From Fibrobacterota bacterium (GTDB lineage: Bacteria > Fibrobacterota > Fibrobacteria > UBA11236): a stretch of DNA of 64,000 nucleotides. The stretch is from assembly GCA_947466585.1 (NCBI GenBank), contig CANIEU010000005.1:64412-128411 (forward strand), read 5' to 3'. Shown here in pieces: positions 19,764-29,064 of the stretch. Every line of letters begins with the position of its first letter. Position 1 is the first letter of the stretch. A model generated the notes under the pieces. That model saw nothing but the letters and a program-made list of their open reading frames with translations, was not told the DNA's origin and made no database searches. A program made the position numbers and the translations under genes.

Positions 19764-21893
19764 TTAGTACTTCCGGGGTTCCGATGGGTTTGGAGGTTTC
19801 GTGAGATTCGAAAGATTTGTAAGGCGAAGTGAGACCACGCCTTCCGCGAAAAGTAACAACGCGGCGATTCCCAACAGGACCGAACGGAGTCGGACGCCCC
19901 CGTAAAGCTTCCGCCAATCTTCATCTGCGTCCAGGAGCAAGGTTTGCCTCCCGGCCGTTTCGCCCAGAAGCTCGCGGAATCGTACCCGATCGGAGGCCTG
20001 AAACGGTGGGGGAGGTTCGGCGAGAGTCGCGGCGAACCAGGTGGTATCGTGTGCGGATTCGACGCGGTAGACGCCCTGTCGGTTGAACGGTCCGAGGATC
20101 CATCCTCCAGGTTCACCGCGCATCTCTCTGAACCTGTCGCCTTGGGGCCCGAATACCCGCAAAGTACCCTCCCCGACATCTTCTCCTTCGCCCTTGTCCG
20201 CGTCTGCGATCACGAGTTGGGAGTCGGTGTCTATGGACCGAGATTCGATGCCTGCGGCCCAGGCTTTCGCGAGAATCGCCTGATGGGCCAGTGCGGCCCA
20301 CGGGCCAAGACCGATATCGCTCCACGTTGGTTCGGAGAGCGAGGTGGTCCATAACAGGATCTCGCCGCCTCCCACTGCCCGTTCTACCAGCAGGGGAAGG
20401 GGTTTGGTGCCCTTCAGGGCATCTCCGGTGCGGGATTCCGTCGTCAGCAGGACGGTCGTTCCGGTTGCGGGCTGAAATCCGAAAGCCGTAGTCACCTTAC
20501 CCGGCGCACCCCAACGCTCCGCGCGTATTCCCACCGTTGCGAGGCCTGCAGCAACCGGGTAGGCGGCAACCGGAGACCGAGAGGCCGCAACCGGGCCGGC
20601 CACGGTCAGGCGCCCGAGGCCCAGCGGTACGAGCAGATTCCGGTTCCATAAAACCGGATCGGTGTGGGGACCTGTTTCCAGAATCACCTTACCACCACTG
20701 CGAATCACAGCCGCAGCGCGTGCCAGCAGCGCTGCGTCCGCATTCGGCGGGTTCGCGAGGTAGAGCAGTTTGCAATCGGTCCAATCGGTAGTCATGCCGA
20801 GATTTTCAGGGACGAGAGAGCGGATGCGCAGGCGCTGGCCGCCCTCACCGAGCGTCGCGAGGGATGCTGCAGCCCCACGTGGGCCCACGTGGCAAAGTGT
20901 GGCCGGCGGAGGAACCCGAAACACGGCCGACACCGAAGCGAAAGCGACCTTATTCCGTGCCGAATCCGCGTCTTGGAGAGTGAACGTCCCTGAGATCCAT
21001 TGCGTCCCACGTTGCTCAGAAAGCGGGATCACCACTTCGACTCGGGTAACGCCCCCGCCTGTTTTCACGGAAGCTGGTCGTTGCGTGCGGGCGGTGCTCC
21101 ATCGTGGCGGTTGTTGTGCGGCGGCACTAGGCGCATGGAGCGTGACCATCCCTTCCTTCGTGAAGTCCGCGACGACGGGTCCAAAGGCGCGCAAACGTGC
21201 GGCTGTGCTGCCGTAATCGGTCACGATCAGACGCGCCTCGGGATGCGCTTCGAGCCATGGCCGTGCTGCTTTGGCGAGTGCATCGGCCTCGCGGGTATCG
21301 AATATCGGAACGAATACATGCAAGGTTCCCTGTCTACCGGACCGGCGTGCGGCGTAGGCCCCGTTATGCAACAGGCGTGTGTACCCTTCCGCCGGAGAGC
21401 CGAACCGTGCAACGAACGGTGTCATCGACACATCGTTCTCGGTGTTCTTACCGACGGTCGCACCAGGGATTCCTTCGTCGGGAATCAGGCGTTCGACGTA
21501 GGTATTACCGCCCGTGAGCGAATCCAGTTGCCGGTGCAAGGCGTTCTGCTGGTCGAACAGAGGCTCCCCCGTGCCGGGCGAGGGCAAGGCGGCGTACGCT
21601 CCGTTGTGGAGCAGGAGTATAGCGGATCCCGGAGGTTGCAAAAGGGAGTGGCCCCGCCACACCGGACCGGCAGCTGCCAGCAATAAAAAGAGAATCGCCA
21701 GTGTGCGCAAAATGAGTTGCAACCAGTTTTTGAGCCGATGCTTGCGCATGGCGCGCTGCAACGACTCCCGCACCGGCAACAGACTGGGGAAGTCGCGGGT
21801 CTTCGGCTGGGCCCGCCCCATCAGGGCGATGGCCAAAGGCACGGCGAGCAGCGGCGCGAGCCAAAAGAGTGCGGGGGTGAGGAAGGAGAACAT
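19764..21893 (-). CDS. BatA-like large membrane protein with N-terminal double-TM anchor
   Basis: 709 aa. N-terminus MFSFLTPALFWLAPLLAVPLAIAL...LAILFLLLAAAGPVW resembles the double-TM domain of BatA-type proteins. A C-terminal TM helix is present. Lies immediately downstream of a DUF58 gene. Confidence 0.5.
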   Translation of the reverse strand: MFSFLTPALFWLAPLLAVPLAIALMGRAQPKTRDFPSLLPVRESLQRAMRKHRLKNWLQLILRTLAILFLLLAAAGPVWRGHSLLQPPGSAILLLHNGAYAALPSPGTGEPLFDQQNALHRQLDSLTGGNTYVERLIPDEGIPGATVGKNTENDVSMTPFVARFGSPAEGYTRLLHNGAYAARRSGRQGTLHVFVPIFDTREADALAKAARPWLEAHPEARLIVTDYGSTAARLRAFGPVVADFTKEGMVTLHAPSAAAQQPPRWSTARTQRPASVKTGGGVTRVEVVIPLSEQRGTQWISGTFTLQDADSARNKVAFASVSAVFRVPPPATLCHVGPRGAAASLATLGEGGQRLRIRSLVPENLGMTTDWTDCKLLYLANPPNADAALLARAAAVIRSGGKVILETGPHTDPVLWNRNLLVPLGLGRLTVAGPVAASRSPVAAYPVAAGLATVGIRAERWGAPGKVTTAFGFQPATGTTVLLTTESRTGDALKGTKPLPLLVERAVGGGEILLWTTSLSEPTWSDIGLGPWAALAHQAILAKAWAAGIESRSIDTDSQLVIADADKGEGEDVGEGTLRVFGPQGDRFREMRGEPGGWILGPFNRQGVYRVESAHDTTWFAATLAEPPPPFQASDRVRFRELLGETAGRQTLLLDADEDWRKLYGGVRLRSVLLGIAALLLFAEGVVSLRLTNLSNLTKPPNPSEPRKY

Positions 21894-21942
21894 GGGGGAA
21901 AACGGTTTGTGCGAGGAGTCTCAGTACGTGGGTTGAGAAGGA

Positions 21943-22845
21943 TTACGGAAGGATTCTTCTAAGGGCCCCATCCAACGGCTCGTCTGTGCGGACGGTGACG
22001 AGACGCAGGTTGAGCTTGGAACAAGCGGCGGCCATCCGCAACGCGTGTTCCTTGAGCGCGGCGGTGTAGGCCGGTCGGGATTGTGCGGCGGCGATCTCCA
22101 GCGTTTCGCCTGATTCCATATCGCGTAAGCGAAAGGTTCCGTCTCCGAAAAATTCCTCTTCGTCCCTGGTGCGCAGCTGAACCACTGTGGCCGCCCGGCT
22201 TTTTCGGCGGATGCGCCGCAGCCCCGCCGCAACGGCATCGGCATCTTGCCACAGGTCGGTGAAGAGGAATACGAAGCTCTGTCCGGTAATGCGGGCCGCC
22301 TCTTGGACGAACAGTGTTTCGAGGTCGGTTTGGCCCGCATTCCGCAGCGCATCGAGGCGCGCGAGCACTTCAGAAGTCGCGCGCGGGCCGCTGGCGGGAG
22401 GAAGAAAGGATTCCAGACGTTCACCCCCGGTTGCCAGCGAGACGGCATCGCGCTGCCGTTCGGCGAGCACGGTCAGCGCGGCCGCAAGCACGCGCGCGGC
22501 ATCGAGTTTGGAAAGCCCGGTCTCGGTGTTCACCGCGTCTGCGGTGTAGCCCATCGAGGCGGATGTATCGAGCAGCAGATGCACCCGTGTATTGGTCTCG
22601 TCACGGTATTGACGGGTGACCAGTTGGTCGCGCCGACCGTACACCTTCCAGTCGAGATGGCGCAGATCGTCGCCAGGCACGTAGCCTTTGAACTGCGCGA
22701 ACTCGGAGGAGTAGCCGTGAAACGGCGAGCGGTGCGTGCCGGCGAGAGCGCCTTCGAGCACGATCTTCGCACGCAGCTTTAGGCCCAGCACGCGGGCGAG
22801 AAGATCCGGAGACAGGGCCGGCGAGGCAGAGGTCGGGGTTTGCAC
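21943..22845 (-). CDS. DUF58 domain protein (MoxR-associated, vWA-like)
   Basis: 300 aa. DUF58-type sequence (SPFHGYSSEFAQFKGYVPGDDLRHLDWKVYGR). Confidence 0.65.
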   Translation of the reverse strand: MQTPTSASPALSPDLLARVLGLKLRAKIVLEGALAGTHRSPFHGYSSEFAQFKGYVPGDDLRHLDWKVYGRRDQLVTRQYRDETNTRVHLLLDTSASMGYTADAVNTETGLSKLDAARVLAAALTVLAERQRDAVSLATGGERLESFLPPASGPRATSEVLARLDALRNAGQTDLETLFVQEAARITGQSFVFLFTDLWQDADAVAAGLRRIRRKSRAATVVQLRTRDEEEFFGDGTFRLRDMESGETLEIAAAQSRPAYTAALKEHALRMAAACSKLNLRLVTVRTDEPLDGALRRILP

Positions 22846-22888
22846 GGTTACAAGATAAACGGTCGCAAGAGGCGTCTACCCGGTGGGC

Positions 22889-24073
22889 TCACTCGAAATG
22901 AAGGGTCGGCTTGAAGGAGGGACTTTCGAGCCGCGCGGCTTCGGCCTGGGTTTCTTTCCACGCCGCGTGCTCACATCCGGCCCTTAGTTTCTCCCGCAAT
23001 TCCTCAAGGCCGATTTTCTTTTCGGCCGAGATGAAGGTCGCATCGGAGTAATGTGCGCGCAGTCCTTCGAGCTGTTCGGGTTCGAGCCGGTCGATTTTGT
23101 TGAAAACCGTCAGGCGCGGCGTTTCGGTGATTCCGAGTTCGGTGAGAATGCGGGCCGTGATTTCCATTTGTTCTTCGAAGTCGGGAGACGAGGCATCCAC
23201 GACGTTCAGAATGTGGGTGGCCTGCGCCGCCACGCTGAGCGTGCTTTTAAAGGAGGTAACCAAGCCGACCGGAAGTTTGCGGATGAACCCCACCGTATCC
23301 GAGAGCACCGCTTTTTGGCTGCCGCCGAGCCAGAGTTGGCGTGTCGTGGGATCGAGCGTGGCGAAAAGTTTGTCGACCGCTTCTACGCCCGCCTGTGTCA
23401 GCGCGTTCATCAAGGTCGATTTGCCCGCGTTGGTGTAGCCCACCAGCGCCGCGTGAAAGGTGGGACGGCGACGGTCGCGTTGCGAGGTCCGGATGCTTTC
23501 GACTTTTTGGAGTTTCTTTTTCAGGTCGGCGATGCGTTTGCGGATCGCCCTTCGGTCGGTTTCGAGTTGGGTCTCACCGGGTCCGCGCATGCCGATGCCG
23601 ACACCGCCCGCTTGCCGCGAAAGGTGCGTCCAGGCGCGGGTGAGGCGGGGGAGCATGTATTCGAGTTGCGCAACCTCGACCTGGATCTTGGCTTCGGCTG
23701 TGCGCGCATGCTTGGCGAAGATATCGAGGATGATACCGCTGCGATCCATGATCTTCACCTTGAGGATCTCTTCAAGCTTTTTGATCTGGGATCCGGAAAG
23801 ATCTTCGTCGAACAGGACGATATCGGCTTCGTATTGTTCCACTAAGGCGGCGACTTCACGGGCCTTGCCTTCGCCGATCATGGTGGTGGCGTCAAAGGAC
23901 GGGCGGCGTTGCAGCACGCGATCGACGACCACCGCACCGGCGGTTTCAGCAAGCCGTTCCAATTCTTCCAAATGTTCGCGGGCTTGCCGCGGTGTGACCT
24001 CGCGCGTGGCCACGCCGACGAGGATGGCTTTTTCGGGGCCTTTGCGAGTTTCTTTTTTCGAGTCGTTTTCCAT
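22889..24073 (-). CDS. hflX: GTPase HflX
   Basis: 394 aa counted from ATG 24071-24073. HflX N-terminal domain plus G-domain (VGYTNAGKSTL, DTVGF, NKID). Confidence 0.85.
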   Translation of the reverse strand: MENDSKKETRKGPEKAILVGVATREVTPRQAREHLEELERLAETAGAVVVDRVLQRRPSFDATTMIGEGKAREVAALVEQYEADIVLFDEDLSGSQIKKLEEILKVKIMDRSGIILDIFAKHARTAEAKIQVEVAQLEYMLPRLTRAWTHLSRQAGGVGIGMRGPGETQLETDRRAIRKRIADLKKKLQKVESIRTSQRDRRRPTFHAALVGYTNAGKSTLMNALTQAGVEAVDKLFATLDPTTRQLWLGGSQKAVLSDTVGFIRKLPVGLVTSFKSTLSVAAQATHILNVVDASSPDFEEQMEITARILTELGITETPRLTVFNKIDRLEPEQLEGLRAHYSDATFISAEKKIGLEELREKLRAGCEHAAWKETQAEAARLESPSFKPTLHFE

Positions 24074-24107
24074 GGAGTGCGAAAGGTACAAAGCAGGGGG
24101 GCTCACC

Positions 24108-24728
24108 TCAGTCCAGTCGCACCGCTTTGTGTGTTACTGAGGAAGTTTTCCCGTTGGCCGACGCAACAATACGCACGGTGTACATTCCGCTCGAGACCCG
24201 GTGGCCGTTTTGGTCTTTGCCGTCCCAAGTCAATTCGCGAATGTCCGCAGGTGGATCGAGCCCTTGGCGCCAAACCTTTCGGCCTGAAAGGTCAGAAAGG
24301 GTTACCGATACCTATTCGGTGTTCGCATCCAAGACAGGAAGCGGCAACACATACTGCATAGCATAGCCGGTCACTCGAATCGAAAAGGATTCCGTTTCGC
24401 CCGGGCCCAATTTGCCAAGCGGTGTAGTGGTCGCGATGCTCACCGCCATGCTATCGGATAAGCCGTTGAAATCGTTGTCCACGATCGCGGCGAACAGGCT
24501 TCCGTTCCAGGCGACATCCTGAATGGCGCGCAAGGTGCCGACGCCCGCATCGCGCTGCGTCCACGTAATTCCGTCCGGGGAGTTGACGAGCGCGCCCCGC
24601 ATGCCGACGGCGACATAAACGCTGCAGTTCCAGCTGACGGCTTTGAATTCCGTTGACCCGTCCAAAACTCCTTGGGCCCTCAACGGCATCGGGTGCATAA
24701 AAAACAGGGACACAAAAAGGAGCGACAT
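24108..24728 (-). pseudogene. small secreted T9SS-cargo-like protein interrupted by an in-frame TAG
   Basis: A signal-peptide ORF (24315-24728, MSLLFVSLFFMHPMPLRAQG...) stops at TAG (24312-24314). The next 68 codons in the same frame (24108-24311) encode a T9SS/FlgD-Ig-like C-terminal domain (VSVTLSDLSGRKV...LTWDGKDQNGHRVSSGMYTVRIVASANGKTSSVTHKAVRLD), ending at TGA 24108-24110. Confidence 0.6.
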
Positions 24729-24970
24729 GAAGCGAACCGAAATCTGGACATTGGAACCAGACAACAGGTTGAATCCGGATATGCGATGACCCGATCGTTG
24801 AAAAATGATAATGAACTAGTTGGGAATAACCCGTCAAAGTTTTTTAATTATCAGATAATGGACAAATTGAAACACGGAAATAAAGGTGTCAATGGGACGT
24901 CATCGCTTCAATAAAAATCTGCTAGCCGGCGCTCTTTAAAAGGGCAGGGTATTCACAAGCCATTGAGAAG

Positions 24971-25090
24971 GCTCGCAATGGCTCGCAATGGCTCGCAATG
25001 GCTCGCAATGGCTCGCAATGGCTCGCAATGGCTCGCGACGACTTGTAATTGATTGTAATGTCTTGTGAAGGTGGGGAATAGCTTGTGATG
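24971..25090. repeat. 10-bp minisatellite (GCTCGCAATG x6.6 plus ~5 decaying copies)
   Basis: Perfect head-to-tail copies span 24971-25036. They are followed by GCTCGCGACG, ACTTGTAATT, GATTGTAATG, TCTTGTGAAG, and a more diverged copy (GCTTGTGATG) after a short gap, to about 25090. Confidence 0.9.
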
Positions 25091-25108
25091 CCTATCCCGG
25101 AACCTGAA

Positions 25109-26893
25109 CTATTCCCACTCGATCGTGCCGGGTGGCTTGTGCGTCACATCGTATAACAACGCACCTGCACCGAGCGCTCTCAATTCCTTCCACAGCGCAT
25201 CGAGCAAGGCGAAAGGTAGTTCCGCAAAACGCGCCGTCATGGCCTCGCTCGAGGAAACGGGCCGCAACACGAAAACCGGTCCGCCGCCCTTGGTCAACGG
25301 CAGAAGTACGACCGGCATTTGCCAAACAGCCGCATACAGGTTCTCGCGTTTGAGCGCCGCCGTGCAAAGAGCGTCGGCCTCTCGTAACAGGTTCAGGCTG
25401 TCCGATTCGCAGTACAAGGGGATGGGCGTATAAGCTCCCTCCGCCGCGTGCGTTTCCAGCACGATGCGGTTCACCGCACGCACGCGGTTGAGCACCACGG
25501 TGGCGGTTTCGTCCGCAAGCTTCCATTCCCGGGTGCCCCGGATCAATCCCGGATGCGCGTAGGTGCGGGCATCGCCCTGCACGCCCACGCTCTTGATGGG
25601 TAGAATCTCTCCCGTCAGGCCCGCAGCCGCAAGGATCGGAGCGATCGCAGCGCTGTCTTTTTCCGAAGCTGGTTCGCCATCGCCGTTCGAACAAAGAAGG
25701 CGTACGCCAAGCCCCGGGCCAGGGAAGGGGTGGCGGTCGAGCAACGGATCGGGAATGCCGAGACGGCGACCCAGTTCGCGCACTTCATCCTTGTACAGTT
25801 CCGCAAGGGGCTCTACCACCATGCCTTGCGCCATGAGGTCCAGAATACCCTGCACACGATTGTGGTGGGTCTTGATCACCGCTGCGTGCGCCGTGCCGCC
25901 GCTCTCGATCGTGTCGGGATAAATGGTGCCCTGTGCGAGCATCCACTCGGTCGGGTCCAGATTCAGTTCCGCGATCGCCACATCCTTCACATGCAGGAAG
26001 GTTTCGCCGATCACCTTGCGCTTGGCTTCGGGTTCGGTCAGGCCGAGGAGATTGTCCAAAAAGCGATCGGTTGCATCCGCGATTTTCAGATTATCAAAAC
26101 CTTGCGCATGCATGAACGCGAGTACCTCGGCACTTTCGTCCTTGCGCATCAGACCGTTGTCGATGTGCAGGCCCAGCACGCGGTCGGGGCCGAGCGCGCG
26201 GTTGAGCAGTTCAAACGCCACGGTGGAATCGACTCCGCCGCTGACGAGGAGGAACACCTTCTTGCCTGCGCACTGTTTGCTGAGTTGTTCCTGAATCGTT
26301 TGCACGTAATGATCCATGTTCCAGTCGAACGCGCAGCCGCAGATCGACAGGAAGTTGCGCAGCATCGTTTGCCCTTCGAGGCTGTGCGTCACTTCGGGGT
26401 GGAACTGCATCCCGTAAAACTTGCGGGCGTCGTCACCCACCGCGGCCTGGGCGCAATCGGAGGTCGAACCGATGTTGCGGAAACCGGGAGCGGGGGAGGA
26501 GACCTCGTCGCCGTGGCTCATCCACACAATGCTCTCGGCGGAAATATCACGGAACAGAGCGTGACCAGCCTCGGCACGCAATGCGGCGGGGCCGAACTCG
26601 TGCACCAGACCGCGCTTCACTTCGCCGCCCAAGGTCTTCGCCATCAATTGATGCCCGTAACACAGGCCGAGTACCGGCAATCCGAGCGCGAAGATGCCCA
26701 GCTCGCATTGCGGGGCCCCGGGCTCATACACCGACGACGGACCCCCGGAAAGTATGATTCCCTTGTAACCGACCAATTCTTCAGGTTTTACATGAGCCGG
26801 AACCACTTCCGAGTAAACCCCGAGTTGCCGGATGCGGCGGGCGATGAGGTGGGTGTACTGGCCGCCGAAATCCACAACTGCGATCTTTTCCAT
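25109..26893 (-). CDS. guaA: GMP synthase (glutamine-hydrolysing)
   Basis: 594 aa. GATase domain (CYGHQ) plus ATP-PPase (LLVSGGVDSTV) plus dimerisation domain. Carries an insertion of ~70 aa relative to typical enzymes. Confidence 0.9.
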   Translation of the reverse strand: MEKIAVVDFGGQYTHLIARRIRQLGVYSEVVPAHVKPEELVGYKGIILSGGPSSVYEPGAPQCELGIFALGLPVLGLCYGHQLMAKTLGGEVKRGLVHEFGPAALRAEAGHALFRDISAESIVWMSHGDEVSSPAPGFRNIGSTSDCAQAAVGDDARKFYGMQFHPEVTHSLEGQTMLRNFLSICGCAFDWNMDHYVQTIQEQLSKQCAGKKVFLLVSGGVDSTVAFELLNRALGPDRVLGLHIDNGLMRKDESAEVLAFMHAQGFDNLKIADATDRFLDNLLGLTEPEAKRKVIGETFLHVKDVAIAELNLDPTEWMLAQGTIYPDTIESGGTAHAAVIKTHHNRVQGILDLMAQGMVVEPLAELYKDEVRELGRRLGIPDPLLDRHPFPGPGLGVRLLCSNGDGEPASEKDSAAIAPILAAAGLTGEILPIKSVGVQGDARTYAHPGLIRGTREWKLADETATVVLNRVRAVNRIVLETHAAEGAYTPIPLYCESDSLNLLREADALCTAALKRENLYAAVWQMPVVLLPLTKGGGPVFVLRPVSSSEAMTARFAELPFALLDALWKELRALGAGALLYDVTHKPPGTIEWE

Positions 26894-27316
26894 GGGCGGT
26901 AAAAGTAGCTACGCGGGCGGGATTCTTCGGGGTGGAGATGTGGGATTTACCGGGATTCCCTACGTACATCGCCCCATCGAAAATGCTCAGGGTGAGGCCT
27001 AAATTCAAGTACGCCCGGAACAATGATGTGTTCGGAACCACGGAGCTCGCAATGCCAGAACCACTATCCCCAGACATTCTCCTTCCGAACCTCGCCTCCC
27101 AGGGAGTATCCGATTCGTTTGAGCATATCAGCCGTGGAGCGCACGGACGCTTTGGAATCGAAGAAGAGAGGCTTCGCGGCCGATTCGGGAGATGTTCCAG
27201 ATGCCCAAAACACCCGACGAGATCGCTCGCGACGCCGCCCGGAATACGGAAATCCGCAAAACCGGGGAGAATCTCGGCATCTAGGTTAGCGAAGTTCCGG
27301 GAACGTCCCGTTTTGC

Positions 27317-28798
27317 TTAGGCCAGCTTCCGCGCCATTTCAATCAACGTTTTCAGGCCGAAGCCCGTCGCGCCCGATTTCACATATTTCCAAGGCGAAGT
27401 CACGAAAGCCGTGCCGGCGATATCCCAGTGCGACCACTTCGCGCCTTCGGGCACAAACTCCTGCAGGAACAGTCCCGCCGTGATGGCGCCCGCTTCGCCC
27501 TTGCTCGTAACGTTCTTCATGTCGGCGGTCGGGTCGTCCATCCACTCGCGGTACTCGGCTTCGAGCGGCAGCTCCCAGAACTTTTCACCGTGCGCAGCAC
27601 CCGCCTTGCGGATCGCCTTTGCAAAGCCTTCGTCGTTGGCGAACAGTCCGGTCATGGCCGTACCGAGCGCACGCACCACCGCGCCGGTCAGAGTCGCGAG
27701 GTTGATGATGTGCGTAGCGCCGAGCGTACCAGCCTCGTAGAGACCATCCGACAACACCAGTCGGCCTTCCGCGTCGGTGTTGTCCACCATTACGGTTTTG
27801 CCGTTGCGCGCCTTAAAGATGTCGCCGGGCAGCACAGAGGCGTTGCCCGGGCGGTTCTCGGCGAGGCACAGCACCGCGCTCACGTTGGCGGGGATCTTCA
27901 GGTCCGCGATGGCGCACAAGGCGGCGAGTGTGGTGGCCGCACCCGCCATGTCGCATTTCATTTCCCACATGCTGGTCGGGGGTTTCAGGCTGATACCGCC
28001 CGTGTCGAACGTCACGCCCTTGCCGACGATGCACAATTTGTCCGTCGCCTTGCCCTTCTTCGCGCCCTTGTATTCCAAGGTCACCATGCGCGGCGGGCGA
28101 TCGGAACCTTTGCCCACGGTCCACAAGCCGAGATAGCCTTCGGCCTGCAATTGCTTTTCGTCGCGCACCTTCACGGTGAGTCCGTGCTTCTTGGCCATTT
28201 TCACGGCGATGGCGGCGAAGGCCACCGGATCGAGATCCGAGCCCGGCGTGTTCACCCAATCGCGGAGGTTGCGCATATGCGCGAAGGTGATTTCGGTTTC
28301 CGTCAGGGCGGCGAGCGCCGACTTTCGTTCCGAGTCTTTCACGCGGACCACGACTTCCGTTTCGATCCTCTTGGCAGGCTCGCTCTTGTAGGCGTTGAAC
28401 GCGTAGTCTGCGTAGTACAGCCCCTCCAGTAGGGCGCGGACGTCGTCCGCTCCTGCGCGGTCGAGGAGCAGTGTCACTGACGCAGCCGCGCGGGAGCGCG
28501 CCGCCTCGTAGGCATGGCCCGCGGCGATGCGCAGACGTTCGCCGCGATCGAGTCCCTTGCGTTGCGGGACGCGGGTCACCAGAAGGCGGCGCGCGCCGTG
28601 CTGGAACCATTCGGAATCGACACTGATCGACTTGTCTTGTTGCCCCGCCAGCAATGCGTTTACGGAAGCGGACCAAACGGCAGAGTCATCGGGGGAGAGG
28701 CCGCCCAATAATTTCTTGTCTTCACTCCAGAGAACCTGAAGTGCGGGGGATTTTGATTTCGTGTCGAGGCTACCGAAGCTTTGGATGCGGATTTTCAT
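27317..28798 (-). CDS. pepA: leucyl aminopeptidase (M17)
   Basis: 493 aa counted from ATG 28796-28798. NTDAEGRLVL motif with M17 catalytic-domain conservation. Confidence 0.85.
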   Translation of the reverse strand: MKIRIQSFGSLDTKSKSPALQVLWSEDKKLLGGLSPDDSAVWSASVNALLAGQQDKSISVDSEWFQHGARRLLVTRVPQRKGLDRGERLRIAAGHAYEAARSRAAASVTLLLDRAGADDVRALLEGLYYADYAFNAYKSEPAKRIETEVVVRVKDSERKSALAALTETEITFAHMRNLRDWVNTPGSDLDPVAFAAIAVKMAKKHGLTVKVRDEKQLQAEGYLGLWTVGKGSDRPPRMVTLEYKGAKKGKATDKLCIVGKGVTFDTGGISLKPPTSMWEMKCDMAGAATTLAALCAIADLKIPANVSAVLCLAENRPGNASVLPGDIFKARNGKTVMVDNTDAEGRLVLSDGLYEAGTLGATHIINLATLTGAVVRALGTAMTGLFANDEGFAKAIRKAGAAHGEKFWELPLEAEYREWMDDPTADMKNVTSKGEAGAITAGLFLQEFVPEGAKWSHWDIAGTAFVTSPWKYVKSGATGFGLKTLIEMARKLA

Positions 28799-29026
28799 GG
28801 AGGGACAAGGTAGGAAGCTGCGGGGGAAAGCTCCGAATGCGGCGGGGAGCGAACAGGGCCGCCGCGTTGAGAACGGATAGGGAGATCCAGAACGAATCGT
28901 ATGGATGTCCCCCCCCCTCCGAGGTGCAATCACAGGACGGCTGCCACACCGACACCGCATTGGAACGCCATTTGCTCTAAATTGATTGACAATGGCTAAA
29001 AAGGTTCAAACCGGACGGGTTGTCTT

Positions 29027-29056
29027 AACAAAACGACCTGAAAGTGACATTTAGTT
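29027..29056. promoter_or_regulatory. three 10-bp-periodic direct repeats (TGACATTTAG / TTTACATTAG / TTGACAAAAA) upstream of the sigma-54 activator gene
   Basis: Direct repeats with one-helical-turn spacing, containing TTGACA-like hexamers, lying 10-40 nt upstream of the 29065 start. Confidence 0.4.
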
Positions 29057-29064
29057 TACATTAG

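Noticed and set aside
24312-24314. TAG as a sense or recoded codon (alternative genetic code)
   Set aside because: TAG terminates prc (12723-12725), ftsK (37513-37515) and the sigma-54 regulator (30733-30735) at expected positions. So UAG is a normal stop here.
24971-25036. CRISPR array
   Set aside because: The repeat unit is only 10 bp, copies are head-to-tail with no spacers, and there are no cas genes. The 7-bp arrays likewise have no spacers.
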